Assembly (NCBI GenBank): GCA_965223905.1
Contig: CBDCXV010000001.1
Span: forward strand, 1,632,001 to 1,696,000
Origin: Candidatus Latescibacterota bacterium
GTDB taxonomy: Bacteria; Latescibacterota; UBA2968; UBA8231
Direction of reading: 5' to 3'
DNA length: 64,000 nucleotides
Below, piece by piece: positions 19,552 through 31,153 of the stretch (position 1 is its first letter; every line of letters begins with the position of its first letter). The notes under the pieces are model-generated. The model made no database searches. It saw only the letters and a list, made by a program, of their open reading frames with translations, and was not told where the DNA came from. Position numbers and translations under genes: made by a program.

Positions 19552-19927
19552 TCTTCCATCAGGTCCTTGTCTGCGGCGGTTACCGTCCTGCCCGGCGATC
19601 CTCCGGGGGTTCTCCCGATCATCCGGAATCTCCAGGTTCCCACTGGGTCCGCCTGGACATCCCCTCTTTCTGTTCCGTCTACAGTGAAATCATTCGGCCG
19701 ATTGCACAATCCCTTTCACCAGCGCAGGCCAGCTATAGGAAGACCAGGCAGATCGAGGCGGATTGTTTCGAACATGGCAAGTGCGCGCCGCCACATGGGA
19801 TTTGTACATTGAACGGCAGAATGCAGATCCTCAGCCACCTGTCTCCATGCATGTACCTGGCGTGCGTGAAGCTGTCGACCGACCTGGATGGACCAACCCG
19901 AAGCCTGTTGAGCCGGGTGAGTTCGGT

Positions 19928-20545
19928 GTGACTACGCCAACGGTCGAGGACAGCAGGACCCGGGGACGGAGAATCCTCCTCGTTGCCGGCCTTTCCATCG
20001 CCGCAGCATTGGCCCTGGTGGTCTGGAGAACCGGCTCCCGCGGCTCCGCCCTCGACCTCGACGGGCAGAGTCTGGACCCTCTCGCCGTGAGCCGCGGGAA
20101 GGGAACCGTCCTGATCTTCACCCGTTCCGACTGTCCCATATCGAATCGCTACGCCCCCGAGGTGCAACGTCTGGCGGATCGCTTCGCGCCGCTGGGAATC
20201 GCGTTCTGGCTTGTCTACGTCGATCCGGATGAAGAACCGCCGGCGATACGGCGACACCTCGAGGAGTTCGGCTACGGCCTCCCGGCGCTGCGCGACACCG
20301 AACACCGGCTCGTGCGCCTGGCCGGCGCCAAGGTAACGCCCGAGGCTGCGGTGTACGCTTCGGGGCGGGAGCTGGTATATGGGGGCCGCATCGACAACCG
20401 CTATTTCGACTATGACCGCAAGCGCCTGACCCCCACGAAACGGGATCTCGAGGAAGCTCTTGAAGCCCTGCTCGCCGGACGGGAGCCCGAAGTGAAGAGG
20501 TCGCCTGCCGTAGGCTGCTACATCGCCGATCTGATCGATGAGTAG
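19928..20545 (+). CDS. Redoxin (AhpC/TSA-like thioredoxin-fold) protein with N-terminal anchor
   Basis: IFTRSDCPISNRY, VTPEAAV, YGGRIDN, AVGCYI; start approximate. Confidence 0.85.
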   Translation: MTTPTVEDSRTRGRRILLVAGLSIAAALALVVWRTGSRGSALDLDGQSLDPLAVSRGKGTVLIFTRSDCPISNRYAPEVQRLADRFAPLGIAFWLVYVDPDEEPPAIRRHLEEFGYGLPALRDTEHRLVRLAGAKVTPEAAVYASGRELVYGGRIDNRYFDYDRKRLTPTKRDLEEALEALLAGREPEVKRSPAVGCYIADLIDE

Positions 20546-20739
20546 ACTGGCTTCCTCGCCTTGACGGCCTGCGCAGGGCCAGGTCCGGGGTGCGGCCCCA
20601 TTGCACCTGCTGTCCCTCGACGTCAGAAAGAGGGCGAGCTCCCGTCCCTCCCAGTCGGGATTGCCACGCCCCGTCGACATCTCAACCTACCGCGGATTCC
20701 CGCCTTTTTTCGATACAGTCACAACTACGGAAGGAAAGC

Positions 20740-21816
20740 ATGAAAATCACCAGGATCGAACGGATCGATATCGACATGCCCTACCAGGAGCAGGTCGTCG
20801 AGCACCTGCGCAAGGGCTGGGGCCTCGGCAACAGGGCAACGGACGAGGAGTTCGCGGAGGAGAGGGAGCGCTTCGAACGGGAGTTCCGCGGCAGCGTGCC
20901 GCCGCGGGTGCGATCCGCCCTGTACCTGGTCCACACCGACGAGGGCCTGACCGGACTCGGGGAAGGTGCAGCCCTGGGCGGCGATCAGCTCGCCGGGTAC
21001 GAGGGGCGCTCCCCTTTCGAGTATATCAACGACGACGGCCCCGGACCGTTGCAGATCGCCTTCTACGACCTCATGGGGCAGGCGGTCGGGCTGCCCCTCG
21101 CCCGTCTCCTGGGACCGGCTCGCGACACCGCGCCGCTGGCCTGGTGGTCGCACTCTTTCCCCCCCGACGTGTTGCAGGCGGAGGCTGTGCGCGCCCTGGC
21201 CTGCGGCTACCGCGTGCACAAGTTCAAGCGCCGCGCCCACACCGACGTCGTCGAGCAGGTCGCCGCCATCGCCGAGGTGGCCCCCGCCGACTACGAAATC
21301 ACCGTCGACGCCAACCAGACCTTCGGCACTCGCGAGCGAGCTCTCGACATCGGGGGCCGGCTGCGGCGCTTCCCCCAGGTTCACTGCCTCGAGTCGCCGA
21401 TCGACCAGGGGGATATGGACGGGTACCGCCTCCTCAAGGACCTGGGGTTCAAGCTCGCCCACCACATGGGCTCCCCCGAGGCGATCGAGGCCCTGTATTC
21501 CGGGGCCTACGACTACTTCATCATCGGCGCCCGGATCGCCGCGACGCTGCGCGACGCCCACATCTGCGGCGCCCGCGACAAGCCGTTCTGGATGCAGCTC
21601 GGCGCCGACGGAACCGGGGTCTCGACGCTGTTCATGCTGCACCTGGCCGCGGCGATCCCCAACGCCGTTCTCGGGCACGTGTCGATGCAGCACCTGCACG
21701 AAGCGTCCATTCTGAACGAAGAGATCGTCGTCAGGGCTGGACAAGTGACGATTCCCACCAGCCCGGGGCTGGGCGCAACTCTCGACATGGAGGTCGTCGA
21801 GCGCTACCGGGTGTGA
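20740..21816 (+). CDS. Mandelate racemase/muconate lactonizing enzyme family protein
   Basis: MKITRIE, HTDEGLTGLGE, KFK, VDAN, LESP, PGLG. Confidence 0.9.
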   Translation: MKITRIERIDIDMPYQEQVVEHLRKGWGLGNRATDEEFAEERERFEREFRGSVPPRVRSALYLVHTDEGLTGLGEGAALGGDQLAGYEGRSPFEYINDDGPGPLQIAFYDLMGQAVGLPLARLLGPARDTAPLAWWSHSFPPDVLQAEAVRALACGYRVHKFKRRAHTDVVEQVAAIAEVAPADYEITVDANQTFGTRERALDIGGRLRRFPQVHCLESPIDQGDMDGYRLLKDLGFKLAHHMGSPEAIEALYSGAYDYFIIGARIAATLRDAHICGARDKPFWMQLGADGTGVSTLFMLHLAAAIPNAVLGHVSMQHLHEASILNEEIVVRAGQVTIPTSPGLGATLDMEVVERYRV

Positions 21817-21954
21817 TCCGCGGTGCAGCCGGATTTGCAGGGCCGGAAATCCCGGATCGCACCTGGGGGGCCCCGTCCGGATTCAAACCATGTCCGCACG
21901 GGAGGAAGTGCTTCCCACGGCGGAGGAACGTCTCGAAGATGCCGGAGGGAAACG

Positions 21955-22321
21955 ATGAAACACACCGCAGTCCTGCGAGAGGAGGGCCGCTACAACGCCT
22001 TCCCGGTCCTGCACCAGCTCGCCGACGGGCGCATTGCCATCGGCTGCGTCTCCTCTCCCGTTGGGGATCCATGGCGATGGGGGACTGGCCGGTTTTCGTC
22101 TCGGCGGGCAACGGCGGGGGCTGGAGCCGCTCGGACGACCCGGCGCTGCCGCCCAACTTGCCCGGCAGCAGCCCCCGCGAGCAGTACGACCGCCTCTGCG
22201 GGGTCCTTTCCGACGGCACCTGGATGGCGGTAGGCTCGGTCGGGTACGAGTGCCGGGACCCGTCCCGCCGGGCGGAGGCCGAGGCCCGGGGGCTGCGGAT
22301 CATCGAGGAGTTCCGCCGCGG
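21955..22321 (+). pseudogene. 5' fragment of a BNR/Asp-box (sialidase-like) protein
   Basis: RYNAFPVLHQLADGRI, frameshift, degenerate Asp-box VSAGNGGGWS, LSDGTW; runs into the convergent gene. Confidence 0.6.
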
Positions 22322-23638
22322 TCAGTCCAGGTCCCGCAGGTACTCGTCCGGCCTGGCCGAGTCGGGCGGCCAGTACCCGTCCCGGGACTGGTGCCAGCGC
22401 TTGCCGCACATCTCCGTGATGATCGTCCACTCGCTCGGCCCCGGATCGGGGTCCGGGTGGAACAGGAAGCGGGTCCCTCCCGCAGCCCGGGTCGCCCTCA
22501 GTATGCCGTCGAGGTCGCGGGCCGGCATGGCGTCGCCGGCGTGGGGAGAGCGGCCGGTGGAAACCCAGAAAACGGTCTTGTCGGCGTCGCCGATCGCCTC
22601 GAGGGCGCGCCTCGTCTCGTGGTGGACGAACTCGGTGAAGAACTCTTCGGGAAACCCCATCTCCAGGTCGATCAGGGAACCGACGCCAGGCAGCTCGATG
22701 CCGAAGAGGGATTTCATCAGCAGGAAGGCGTCGTTCTCGCTCAGCGACGGATTCCATTCGACGAACTTCTGCACCCAGCGCTGCACCGTGCCGTAGAGGC
22801 CGTCGAAGCCGCGGTGCCAGTAGTAGTGCTTGGGGAAGATGTAGTCGAACCAGGGCCCCATCTGCTGGTAGTTCTGGCCGGTCAGCGAGGACCAGCTGGT
22901 GATGCGGGGAATGCCGCCCAGCTCGACGTAGCGGTCGACCTTGTCGAGGGTTTCGCGGGCCTGCTTCCAGGAGGCCAGGGATGTCGCCTGCCGCGCGCGC
23001 AGCCAGTAGAGCCCGTCCTCGTCGATGTCGAACAGGATCAGGCCGGCGAAGGTGCCGCCGTCGGCGTGGTAGCGCACCATGTCGGGAGTGAGGCTGTGAC
23101 AGCGGTCCCGCAGGTGGGCGATGCCGCGCTCGAGCCGGTCGACGTCGAACCCCAGGCCGGAGAACTGCCCGCGCTCGCCGTCGCGGATCTCGAAGAGCTC
23201 GCCGCCGTGATGCCAGGCGAGCTCGTAGTGATTCTCGCCGGGGCCGTCGACGATGACGCCCTGCACCTGGGGGTAGCGGTTGACGAGGCTCTGCACGTGC
23301 GCGGTGGTGCCGCTGTCGAAGACCATGACGTGCCAGCCGCGGGCGCGCGCGTCGTCGAGCATGTCGCTGAGCCCCTTCTCCTTCTCCGGGTCGCGCGGCG
23401 CCGGCTCCGGGGGGTCCAGTCCGAGGGCTGCGTAGGCCTGCGGGTCCTGCGGGAAGGCGGGAACGGTGGTGCCGTCCTCCTGCATGAAGAACATGCGGCC
23501 GACGACGATGCCGCGGACGCCCCCCTCCTCCCAGGCGTCGAAGATCTGCCTGTAGTCGCTCATGTAGCGTTCGAGCGGGTTGAAGACGAAGATCCAGCAT
23601 TTCATTCCGGGATTTCCGAGGTTCCCTGGAGCATCCAT
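22322..23638 (-). CDS. Uncharacterised protein (possible TIM-barrel hydrolase-like)
   Basis: Coding-like bias, GAGG RBS, conserved-looking FPKHYYWHRGFDGLYGT block. Confidence 0.8.
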   Translation of the reverse strand: MDAPGNLGNPGMKCWIFVFNPLERYMSDYRQIFDAWEEGGVRGIVVGRMFFMQEDGTTVPAFPQDPQAYAALGLDPPEPAPRDPEKEKGLSDMLDDARARGWHVMVFDSGTTAHVQSLVNRYPQVQGVIVDGPGENHYELAWHHGGELFEIRDGERGQFSGLGFDVDRLERGIAHLRDRCHSLTPDMVRYHADGGTFAGLILFDIDEDGLYWLRARQATSLASWKQARETLDKVDRYVELGGIPRITSWSSLTGQNYQQMGPWFDYIFPKHYYWHRGFDGLYGTVQRWVQKFVEWNPSLSENDAFLLMKSLFGIELPGVGSLIDLEMGFPEEFFTEFVHHETRRALEAIGDADKTVFWVSTGRSPHAGDAMPARDLDGILRATRAAGGTRFLFHPDPDPGPSEWTIITEMCGKRWHQSRDGYWPPDSARPDEYLRDLD

Positions 23639-23642
23639 TGCC

Positions 23643-23890
23643 TCACCTTCCTTCGATTTCGCCACGGAGATTGGCGCCGTACTCCTCGACGTCCTCGCGC
23701 CAGGTGTCGGCAGTCGAGGATCTCCCGCAGCTTCTCCTCCTTGTCCGGCTCCCGCGGTTCGGGCGGGGGAGGTTCGACGCCGAACGCCTCAAATACCTTG
23801 GGGTCGGGCGCGAAGGCGCGAAGGCGCGAACGAAAGATCCGTCCTCCTGCTCGAACCCGCAGGCGGAGGTTGCGACGAATGCGCCCCACA
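23643..23890 (-). pseudogene. Internally deleted paralog of 22322-23638
   Basis: AFAPDPKVFEAFGVEPPPPEPREPDKEEKLREILD matches AFPQDPQAYAALGLDPPEPAPRDPEKEKGLSDMLD, then jumps to a C-terminus DTWREDVEEYGANLRGEIEGR*. Confidence 0.7.
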
Positions 23891-23894
23891 GGCC

Positions 23895-24758
23895 TCACCA
23901 CTCGACGTCCATCATGTCGCGCCCCCAGAAGAGCGGACCGGTAAAGACGCTTTGCACCTCGGCTATCGCCCGGGTGGTCTCCTCGGGCGGCTCGAGGGTG
24001 ATTGACTGGTGGTTGATCACCAGCCGCCTGGCCCCGGCTTCAGCGGCCATGCGCCCTGCGCTCAGGGTGCCGGTCTCGGAGACCGCGCTGGGATAGGTGC
24101 GGATCTTCTCCTCCCGGTGCACCGCCTCCATCACGAACAGGTCGGCGTCGCGCGCCAGCTCCACGACCGCATCGGCAGGCGCGGTGTCGCCGCTGAAGGC
24201 GACGATCCCCTCATCGGTTTCGAAGCGGAACCCGTAACACTCGATGTAGGGCTGCGCGTGCACGACCTGGCGGGCGTGGCAGGTCCAGCCCTCTCCTTCC
24301 GCTACCTTGCCCTCGCCGTATTCCCCGACCTCGATTACGGGAGCCGGCCGCTCCCCGGCGCCGCCGCGCATGTGAAAGGCGTGGACGCTCATCGGGTGGT
24401 TGGTGCGCGCGATGACGTCGTACCAGAACACGCCCCTCTCCTCGCTCCAGATCGCCGAGGTGACCTCCCGGATCGGCGGCGGACCGTGGACGCGCAGATC
24501 CGGCTCCGTGCCGACGCACTGGTCGAAGCGCGTCATCAGGAAGCAGAGGTAGTCGGAAACGTGGTCGGAGTGCAGGTGGGTGAAGAAGAGATCGTTTACG
24601 GATGTACAGGGGATTCCCATCCTGTACATCTTGTAGGTCGAGGCGGGGCCGCAGTCGATCATCAGGCGCTGGCCGCAGATCTCGAGGACGAAGCAGGTCC
24701 CCCAGCGGTCGGGGGTCCAGGTCGGAGTTCCCGCTCCGACGATTCTCAGTTTCGGCAT
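23895..24758 (-). CDS. MBL-fold metallohydrolase (RNase Z/arylsulfatase-like)
   Basis: IDCG, THLHSDH, FSGDT, INH. Confidence 0.9.
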   Translation of the reverse strand: MPKLRIVGAGTPTWTPDRWGTCFVLEICGQRLMIDCGPASTYKMYRMGIPCTSVNDLFFTHLHSDHVSDYLCFLMTRFDQCVGTEPDLRVHGPPPIREVTSAIWSEERGVFWYDVIARTNHPMSVHAFHMRGGAGERPAPVIEVGEYGEGKVAEGEGWTCHARQVVHAQPYIECYGFRFETDEGIVAFSGDTAPADAVVELARDADLFVMEAVHREEKIRTYPSAVSETGTLSAGRMAAEAGARRLVINHQSITLEPPEETTRAIAEVQSVFTGPLFWGRDMMDVEW

Positions 24759-24995
24759 TTCCTAACTCCTTGGGAGACAGACTCTCTTGCATGTGGGGAG
24801 ACGGTCCAAGCCAGGCGCGGGGGGCCCTCCGGTCCGCCGGCGGGATTGCTCACGTGCATTCTGCGAAGAGGGTCGATGCGAACGACGGCCGCGCAGCTTC
24901 GGCGGAAGGTCGGCGCAGGTCACGGCCTTCGGTGAAGGAACTCCCCCCCGGTTCGGGGCGGACCTCGTACTATCGGTTCGAACCCCGCGGCGCTG

Positions 24996-25907
24996 CTACG
25001 GTACGTACGGCTGGCCGGTGCGGCGCAGTTCCTTGGTCACCGCTATCTGGCAGGTCAGGTAGCCGCCCATGTACCCGGTGGCGAACCCCGGGCGCGCGTC
25101 CCCGATGGTGCCGACGATGAGATTGGCGTGCTCGACGGAAATCGCGTAGCGGTCGACGAGCAGGGCCACCATCTCCCGCCACGCCGCTTTCAGCGCCTCT
25201 CCCCAGTCGTCCGCCCGCGACCCGGTCAGCCATTCCTCCGGGGCCTCGACCACCCCGGTGGTCTCTACCACCGGACTGCTGCAGGGAAACCCGGGTGAGC
25301 GGTCGACCTTCAGGGTCACCGCGGAGTCGATTTCCACGCCGGCCCCGGTCAGCTCGCCATCCCCCATGCGGGCGTGTACGTCCCCAAGCGACAGCAACCC
25401 CCCCGGCTTCTGGGCGCGGATGTGGACGGTGCTTCCCGGCTGGATGGAGTTGAAGTCCATGTTGCCGCCGTGGTCGATGGCGTTCGGGGCCCAGGATTCC
25501 AGCTGCATGACGCCGATCATCGGCCGCACCGGCACGACGAGGTCCGGCGGAAAGTGGATGAGACCGTCGCGCACCGGGGCGATGCAGCGCCAGTTGCCCC
25601 AGTTGGGGCCGCCGTTGCGGTAGAAGCCGTACGGGGCGCACTTGATGTCGATGATTTCGAGGGCCACCCAGTCGTCGGGACCGATCCCCTCGATGGCGAA
25701 GGGACCACCTCGCCGCGAGTAGCGGGGGTGGGTGGCGGCAGCGGTAATCTGGCCGGCCCTGGTTTCTCCGGCAGCCTCGTAGTCGTGGTCGTTGCCGCCC
25801 ACGGTTTCGATGACCACGGTCTCCCCGAGCTCGAGGGTTCCTCTCAACTGCCCGATTTCAGGGTCGTCCGGCCCGCTGTAGCAGGGTGTTCTGGTAAAGC
25901 GGCGCAT
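24996..25907 (-). CDS. Acetamidase/formamidase family protein
   Basis: GPFAIEG, PMIGV, HGGNMD, LGDVHARMGDGE. Confidence 0.9.
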   Translation of the reverse strand: MRRFTRTPCYSGPDDPEIGQLRGTLELGETVVIETVGGNDHDYEAAGETRAGQITAAATHPRYSRRGGPFAIEGIGPDDWVALEIIDIKCAPYGFYRNGGPNWGNWRCIAPVRDGLIHFPPDLVVPVRPMIGVMQLESWAPNAIDHGGNMDFNSIQPGSTVHIRAQKPGGLLSLGDVHARMGDGELTGAGVEIDSAVTLKVDRSPGFPCSSPVVETTGVVEAPEEWLTGSRADDWGEALKAAWREMVALLVDRYAISVEHANLIVGTIGDARPGFATGYMGGYLTCQIAVTKELRRTGQPYVP

Positions 25908-26012
25908 ATCGGTCTCCGGTGTCGTAGATTTTCCGGTTGCTTCAGGCGATTGACAGCGGCGAATTCTCCGCAAAGCACAATTCGCGGTCAACCGAAAGAA
26001 AGCGGCCAACAG

Positions 26013-26792
26013 ATGCGCGCGGACCAGATCTCCAGCGGGGTCACGGAAGCGACCATCGTTCCCGGGCGCGGCGGGCTCGTAACCCGGTTCGCGGTCTCCG
26101 GGCGCGAGATCCTCTTTCTCGACCGCGCCAGCTTCGAAGACCGCGGACAGCCTGTCCGCGGCGGCATTCCCGTCCTCTTTCCGTTCGCCGGCCGCCTCGC
26201 CGACAACCTGCTCCTGGCGACGGGAACCTCCCTGGGCCTGCACGGCTTCGCCCGCGATCTCGAGTGGACGGTCACCGGACACGGCGCCGACCGGCACCGG
26301 ATGGAGCTGGTGGCCAGCCCGGAAATACTCGAGACCTACCCGTTCGCGCACCGGTTGACGCAGACCACGTCCGTGGCGGACGGCGAGCTGTCCCTCGCTC
26401 TCGAGATCGAAAACAGGTCCCCGCGGCCGATGCCGGTGGCGCCGGGATGGCACCCCTACTTCCGCTGCCCCCGTGAAAGCAAGGCCGGTGTCCGCTACGG
26501 ACTGGCGGACTTCCCCTGCGAGCAGCTCGGCGACTCCTACGACTTCGGGCTGGAAGCGCCGGCGGCCGGGAGAATCGATTTCGACATCCCGGGTGAGGGC
26601 GGTGTCTCGCTGTCGTTTTCTCCAGGATTCCGCCACCTGCAGTTCTGGACCCTGCCGGATCGCGACTTCATCTGCGTGGAGCCCTGGGACGGTCCTCCTG
26701 GTGTCATCAACAGCGACCGCGGCCGCCTCGTCTCCCCCGGCGGAACGCTGACCTGCCGGATGCGGATTTCTCCGCCAGCCCGGGAGTCCTGA
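26013..26792 (+). CDS. Aldose 1-epimerase (galactose mutarotase-like) protein
   Basis: RGGIPVLFP, HGFARD, GWHPYF, FICVEPW. Confidence 0.92.
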   Translation: MRADQISSGVTEATIVPGRGGLVTRFAVSGREILFLDRASFEDRGQPVRGGIPVLFPFAGRLADNLLLATGTSLGLHGFARDLEWTVTGHGADRHRMELVASPEILETYPFAHRLTQTTSVADGELSLALEIENRSPRPMPVAPGWHPYFRCPRESKAGVRYGLADFPCEQLGDSYDFGLEAPAAGRIDFDIPGEGGVSLSFSPGFRHLQFWTLPDRDFICVEPWDGPPGVINSDRGRLVSPGGTLTCRMRISPPARES

Positions 26793-26797
26793 CCGGA

Positions 26798-27394
26798 ATG
26801 TCGCTTCAGCGCCGGGTCCGCGAGCTGCTCGACAGGCTCGACGCCAGAACCTCCGCGTACGCCCGGCACCTGCCCTCCGGTGCCGGGATCGCGGTGCGCG
26901 CCGACGAGCCCGTCGACACCCTGAGCGTGATCAAGATACCGGTGCTGGTTCTCGCTTTCCGCGACGTGGAAGCCGGGAAGCTCGACCTCGAAGGCCGCCG
27001 CGTCGTCGGCCCGCAGGATCTCCGCAACGGCACCGGGGTCCTGAAGAACTTCGAGCCCGGCCTGCAACCGACCTGGGGCGATCTGCTGACGCAGATGATC
27101 ATCACCAGCGACAACACCGCCACCGATATCGTCGTCGACAGGGTCGGCTTCGAGCGCGTCAACGACCTGCTGGGCAAGCTCGGGTACACCGGGACCCGGC
27201 TTCAGCACACCCTGGCCGGCTACTTCCGCCGCCGCTGGGAGCTCCTCGATCCGGCCAACGCCTCGCTGTCGAACACCGAGGCTTCCGCCCGCGGCAATCT
27301 GTCACTCGCGGTACAAGGGGGGGCTGCCCCCGGGAGCAGGCCCGGTCCGGGAGCTTCAGAGGGGCTGCGTCGGAAAGCGACGGCGATCAGGTAG
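26798..27394 (+). pseudogene. Class A beta-lactamase-like serine hydrolase, C-terminally truncated (~27300)
   Basis: SVIK and SDN motifs present; no KTG region, tail is non-homologous. Confidence 0.75.
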
Positions 27395-27410
27395 CCCCCA
27401 TCTTCTCTGC

Positions 27411-28241
27411 TCAGCCTCCCTCGCTCCAGGCCTCGTAGCGCGCCACCGCCAGGTCGTCGAGGCTTTCCTGCCCTCCCGCCGCCACCTCCAGCCTCACGGT
27501 CGTCTCCAGGAGGTCCCCGGGACCGGCGTCGCGGCCGAAGAGGTGGAAGTACTGCGAGTTGTGGAAGCCGTTGTACCCCGAGAGCCCGATGCAGTCCCGG
27601 CGCCTGGCCATCGAGACGACGGAGGGACCGAAACGATGCTGCTGGGTCATCAGCGGCAGCGCGTAGTCCGGTCCCAGCATCCAGTTCTGGGACGGCTTCG
27701 TCATCCAGCGCCCGTCGAGGAAGAGGCGGCGCGCTTCGTCGTCGCGGGGCCACGCCTCGTCGTTGAACTCCCCGCACCAGGCGGTCTCGTACCAGCGCAT
27801 CGGAACGGCCGCATCGACGCTCGCGTCCTTCAGCGCAAAGCGCGGCCTGTGGTAGGGGGTGAAGTAGCTCGACACGAACAGCTCGTAGGCGGCGTAGGGC
27901 TGCAGGACCTCGGCCTGAATCCCCATCTCGACGGCGAGCTGATCCGCGAATACGCGGTAGCGCACGGAAAGGCGGACGTTGTTTTCAGGACACGGGGGCC
28001 AGCGCACCCACGCGTCCCCCTCTTCGACCGACACCTCGGCTTGCCGCTGGCGCACGATATCGATCTGACGGGCATCCGCGGCGGCTCGGTAGATGCTGAG
28101 CCAGGCGAACTCAGGCCCTTCGTCGAGGTGGAAGTGGGTCCCTTTCGACAGGCGGATTCCGTTGCTGCCGAGAACGGTGACCGACCAGTCGCCCATCGGG
28201 GACTGGATCGTTTCAGGTGGCGCGTAGGGGGCAAACGACAT
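27411..28241 (-). CDS. Hypothetical protein
   Basis: GGAGG RBS, 276-aa ORF with natural composition. Confidence 0.75.
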   Translation of the reverse strand: MSFAPYAPPETIQSPMGDWSVTVLGSNGIRLSKGTHFHLDEGPEFAWLSIYRAAADARQIDIVRQRQAEVSVEEGDAWVRWPPCPENNVRLSVRYRVFADQLAVEMGIQAEVLQPYAAYELFVSSYFTPYHRPRFALKDASVDAAVPMRWYETAWCGEFNDEAWPRDDEARRLFLDGRWMTKPSQNWMLGPDYALPLMTQQHRFGPSVVSMARRRDCIGLSGYNGFHNSQYFHLFGRDAGPGDLLETTVRLEVAAGGQESLDDLAVARYEAWSEGG

Positions 28242-28393
28242 GGGGTTCCTCCGCTTTCAATGCCGGCGGCCCGGGCCGGCTATGGTTACTCAACCTTCTT
28301 CGCAACCTCGACCCATGCAGCGCGCCGTAGGGTAGATCTGCTTGACGGTCGCAGTTTGGGGCCAGGCTCGGCGCGAGGGCAGAAGCTGCCCCG

Positions 28394-28791
28394 TCACTCG
28401 CTCCGGCGCAATCCGAAGGCCGTGATGGCGAGTCGGCAAGGAAGCAGAGCGTCCCGACCGGAACCAGGAGAACACCGATGAACGGGTCTCCGCCATGAGT
28501 CCGGATTCCCCCGAGAAAGAACCCCAGGGGAAGAAGCAGGGCCGCGGCGATCAGCAGCGGGGAGGCCTTCGCCAGGCGCTCGGCCGCCGGGGGCTCCTGG
28601 CTCCCCGCGACGAGGGCGTACAGGATGTTGACGATTGCCAGCAGCCCTCCGTGGGCGTGGGCGAGCCTCCACATCCGCCTCCGCACCTCGTTTCCGACGT
28701 CGAGGTACCGCCCGACCTTGAAGCCGTGCATCGACTCCAGCGCGATCCCAAGGGTCGCGAAGAGAAGCAGGGCGAACCATCCGAAGCGCAT
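28394..28791 (-). CDS. Small membrane protein, probable frameshift near 28435
   Basis: Hydrophobic helices, RLAHAHG motif; hydrophobic tail LAITAFGLRRSE* lies in another frame. Confidence 0.65.
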
Positions 28792-29069
28792 GTTGCGGCC
28801 GGCAATCCACCGGGATCCTGTCGTGGGTATTCATCACCAACGGAACGACCCCGCAAAAATACTCCCGGTAACCGCCGGCGGAGGCGTATGTTCTGGGATT
28901 ACGACGGAACCCCGACTGCACCGGCACCGCGGCGACGAGCTGTCTGCAGGCAGGAAAACGCCCCGGCGCCCATCCTCCAGGCTTGGTTTGCCCTCAAGGA
29001 ACAGGATGAACCGGCGGTGTATCTGGTGAAGCTTCACCCTTTGCAACGGCCCCCCGACCCCGAAGGGGG

Positions 29070-30911
29070 GTGAACCCTGCCCAGGCAGCGATTTCCCTTC
29101 CGGGCCGTCGGCGTCGGCGCCCTGATGGCCTTTGCCATAGCAACCCTGTTTCCCTACGGCGTCCTCGTCAGGGGCACCTCCATCGGCCCCACCGATTTCA
29201 TCACCTCGGAGTCGCTGTTTCTGCTGTTCCTGCTGGTCGTCGTCAACACCCCGGCGAGGTGGCTGCTGCCCCGGTTTGCCTTCTCGGCTCACGAGCTGGT
29301 CGTCATCTACGCGATGATGATCGCCGCTTCCGCAGTGCCCATCATCGGCGTCACCGCTCAGCTCATCCCCTTTCTGCCGGGTGTCTACTACTTCGCCACC
29401 CCCGAGAACCACTGGGACGAGCTGATCCACCCCTATGTGAAGTCCTGGCTGGCGCCCCAGGACGAGGCCGCGGTCCGCTACTTCTTCGAGGGCCTGCCAG
29501 GCGCTGGCAGGACGAGCGCCTCGTCTACCCGCTCGTGCAGCTGCCGCTCGACATGGTCTCCGAGGACGGCGGCGGCTCACCGGTGAACCGGTTCCTGAAG
29601 AGCCCCCTGATGTGGCTGGGGTTCGCCATACCGTTCGTGCTGCTCAGCTTCTCCGGTCTCCACGCCCATTTTCCCGCCATCCCCGGCCTCGAGCTCAGCA
29701 CCGCGTTACCGCTGTTCCACGGCATGAAGGGATTGGGGTACGCCCAGGACGAGGTCTTCGTCTCCCTGCGCTTCCTCCTCATCGGACTGAGCTACTTCGT
29801 CCCTCTCGAAGTGTCGTTCAGCCTGTGGTTCTTCTACCTGCTGAACCACCTGCAGGTCGGCCTCTTCACTCGCATCGGTTTCGACGTGCCGGGGTTCCAG
29901 GAACTGCACTCCGAAGGCACCATCGCCAGCGCCCACCAGGGTATGGGGGCGATGATCGCCCTGGTGGCCGTTTCCCTGTGGACGGCGAGGCGCCACCTTG
30001 CCGGCGCCTTCCGCTCCGCGTTCTCGAGGGGCGCTGCCGGGGACGGGGAGGAGATGCTTCGCTACCGCACCTGTGTCTGGATGCTGCTCGCCGCGGCGGC
30101 CTATGCGGTAGCCTGGCTGAACGCGGCCGGGGTGCCTGTCGCCGTCGCCATGGCGCTTCTGGCGGTGGCGTTCGCCGTCTTCATCGGTCTGACACGGGTT
30201 GTAGCGGAAGGGGGAATAGGCTACGGCCGGGCGACCATGACCCCGATGGGATTCACCGTGCACCTCTTCGGGACTGCGCAGATCGGTCCCGAGGGGCTGA
30301 CCCATTTCGCCCTCGCTCACGGCTGGGGCGGCGACATTCGCACCACGGTGATGACCTCGGCGGCGAACGGCCTCAAACTCGCGACGGCAACCCGTACCCG
30401 GCCGCAGCCGCTGTTCTGGGCGATCCTCATCGCGGTGACAGTGGCGCTGGCCGGATCCGCCTGGACCGTGATATCCGCAGGCTACGCCCACGGCGGGATC
30501 AACCTGCACTACTGGTTCTACGGCCGTTTCGGGCAGTGGGCGTTCGAGCAGCTGGCGATCAAGCAGCTCAACCCGATACCGGACTGGAACATCCTCGGGC
30601 CTCGGGGGCTGTTCACGGCGCTCGGCGCCGGGGGGATGGGGGTGCTGATGTTCCTCCGCCACCGGTTTCTCGGGTGGCCGCTGCATTACATCGGCTTTCC
30701 GGTCGCCGGCACCTACGTCATGTTCTTCGCCTGGTTCGGGCTCTTCACCGGCTGGCTGTTCAAGCTCGTCATCCTCAGGTACGGAGGCAGCCGGCTCTAC
30801 CTGCGCATGCGGCCCTTCTTCCTGGGGATGGTGCTGGGCAACATCGTCTGCGCCGGTTTCTGGATGGCCGTGACTCTGATCACCGGGGTGCGCGCCCCCA
30901 TCCCGCTCTGA
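29070..30911 (+). pseudogene. DUF6785/DUF6784 polytopic membrane protein (putative peptide transporter-like), frameshift and internal deletion
   Basis: ELVVIYAMM, YYFATPENHW, FFEGLP (frame of 29125) joined to ERLVYPLVQLP...WPLHYIG...RYGG...PFFLG. Confidence 0.75.
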
Positions 30912-31153
30912 GGGCGGGGCCGCGGGCGCCGAGGCGGGCACAGCTGGAAGCCCAGGATCGGGATAGTCGATCAGCTGGCGGCCTGCGAAACACCCCCCGC
31001 CTCCCTGTTCCACACTTCGAGGGGGTTCCCTCCACGGTGCGGACAACCATTCCCCGAACCATCGCCGCGGCCGCCGTCCGGCAAGCCGCGGTGTCAACAC
31101 CGTCCCGCTCCGATCATCCGCCTTTCCGGAAGGGAAAATCGTGCAAGGGGCAA

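Noticed and set aside
26798-27394. Functional beta-lactamase resistance gene
   Set aside because: Truncated before the KTG motif, no signal peptide; generic serine hydrolase remnant.
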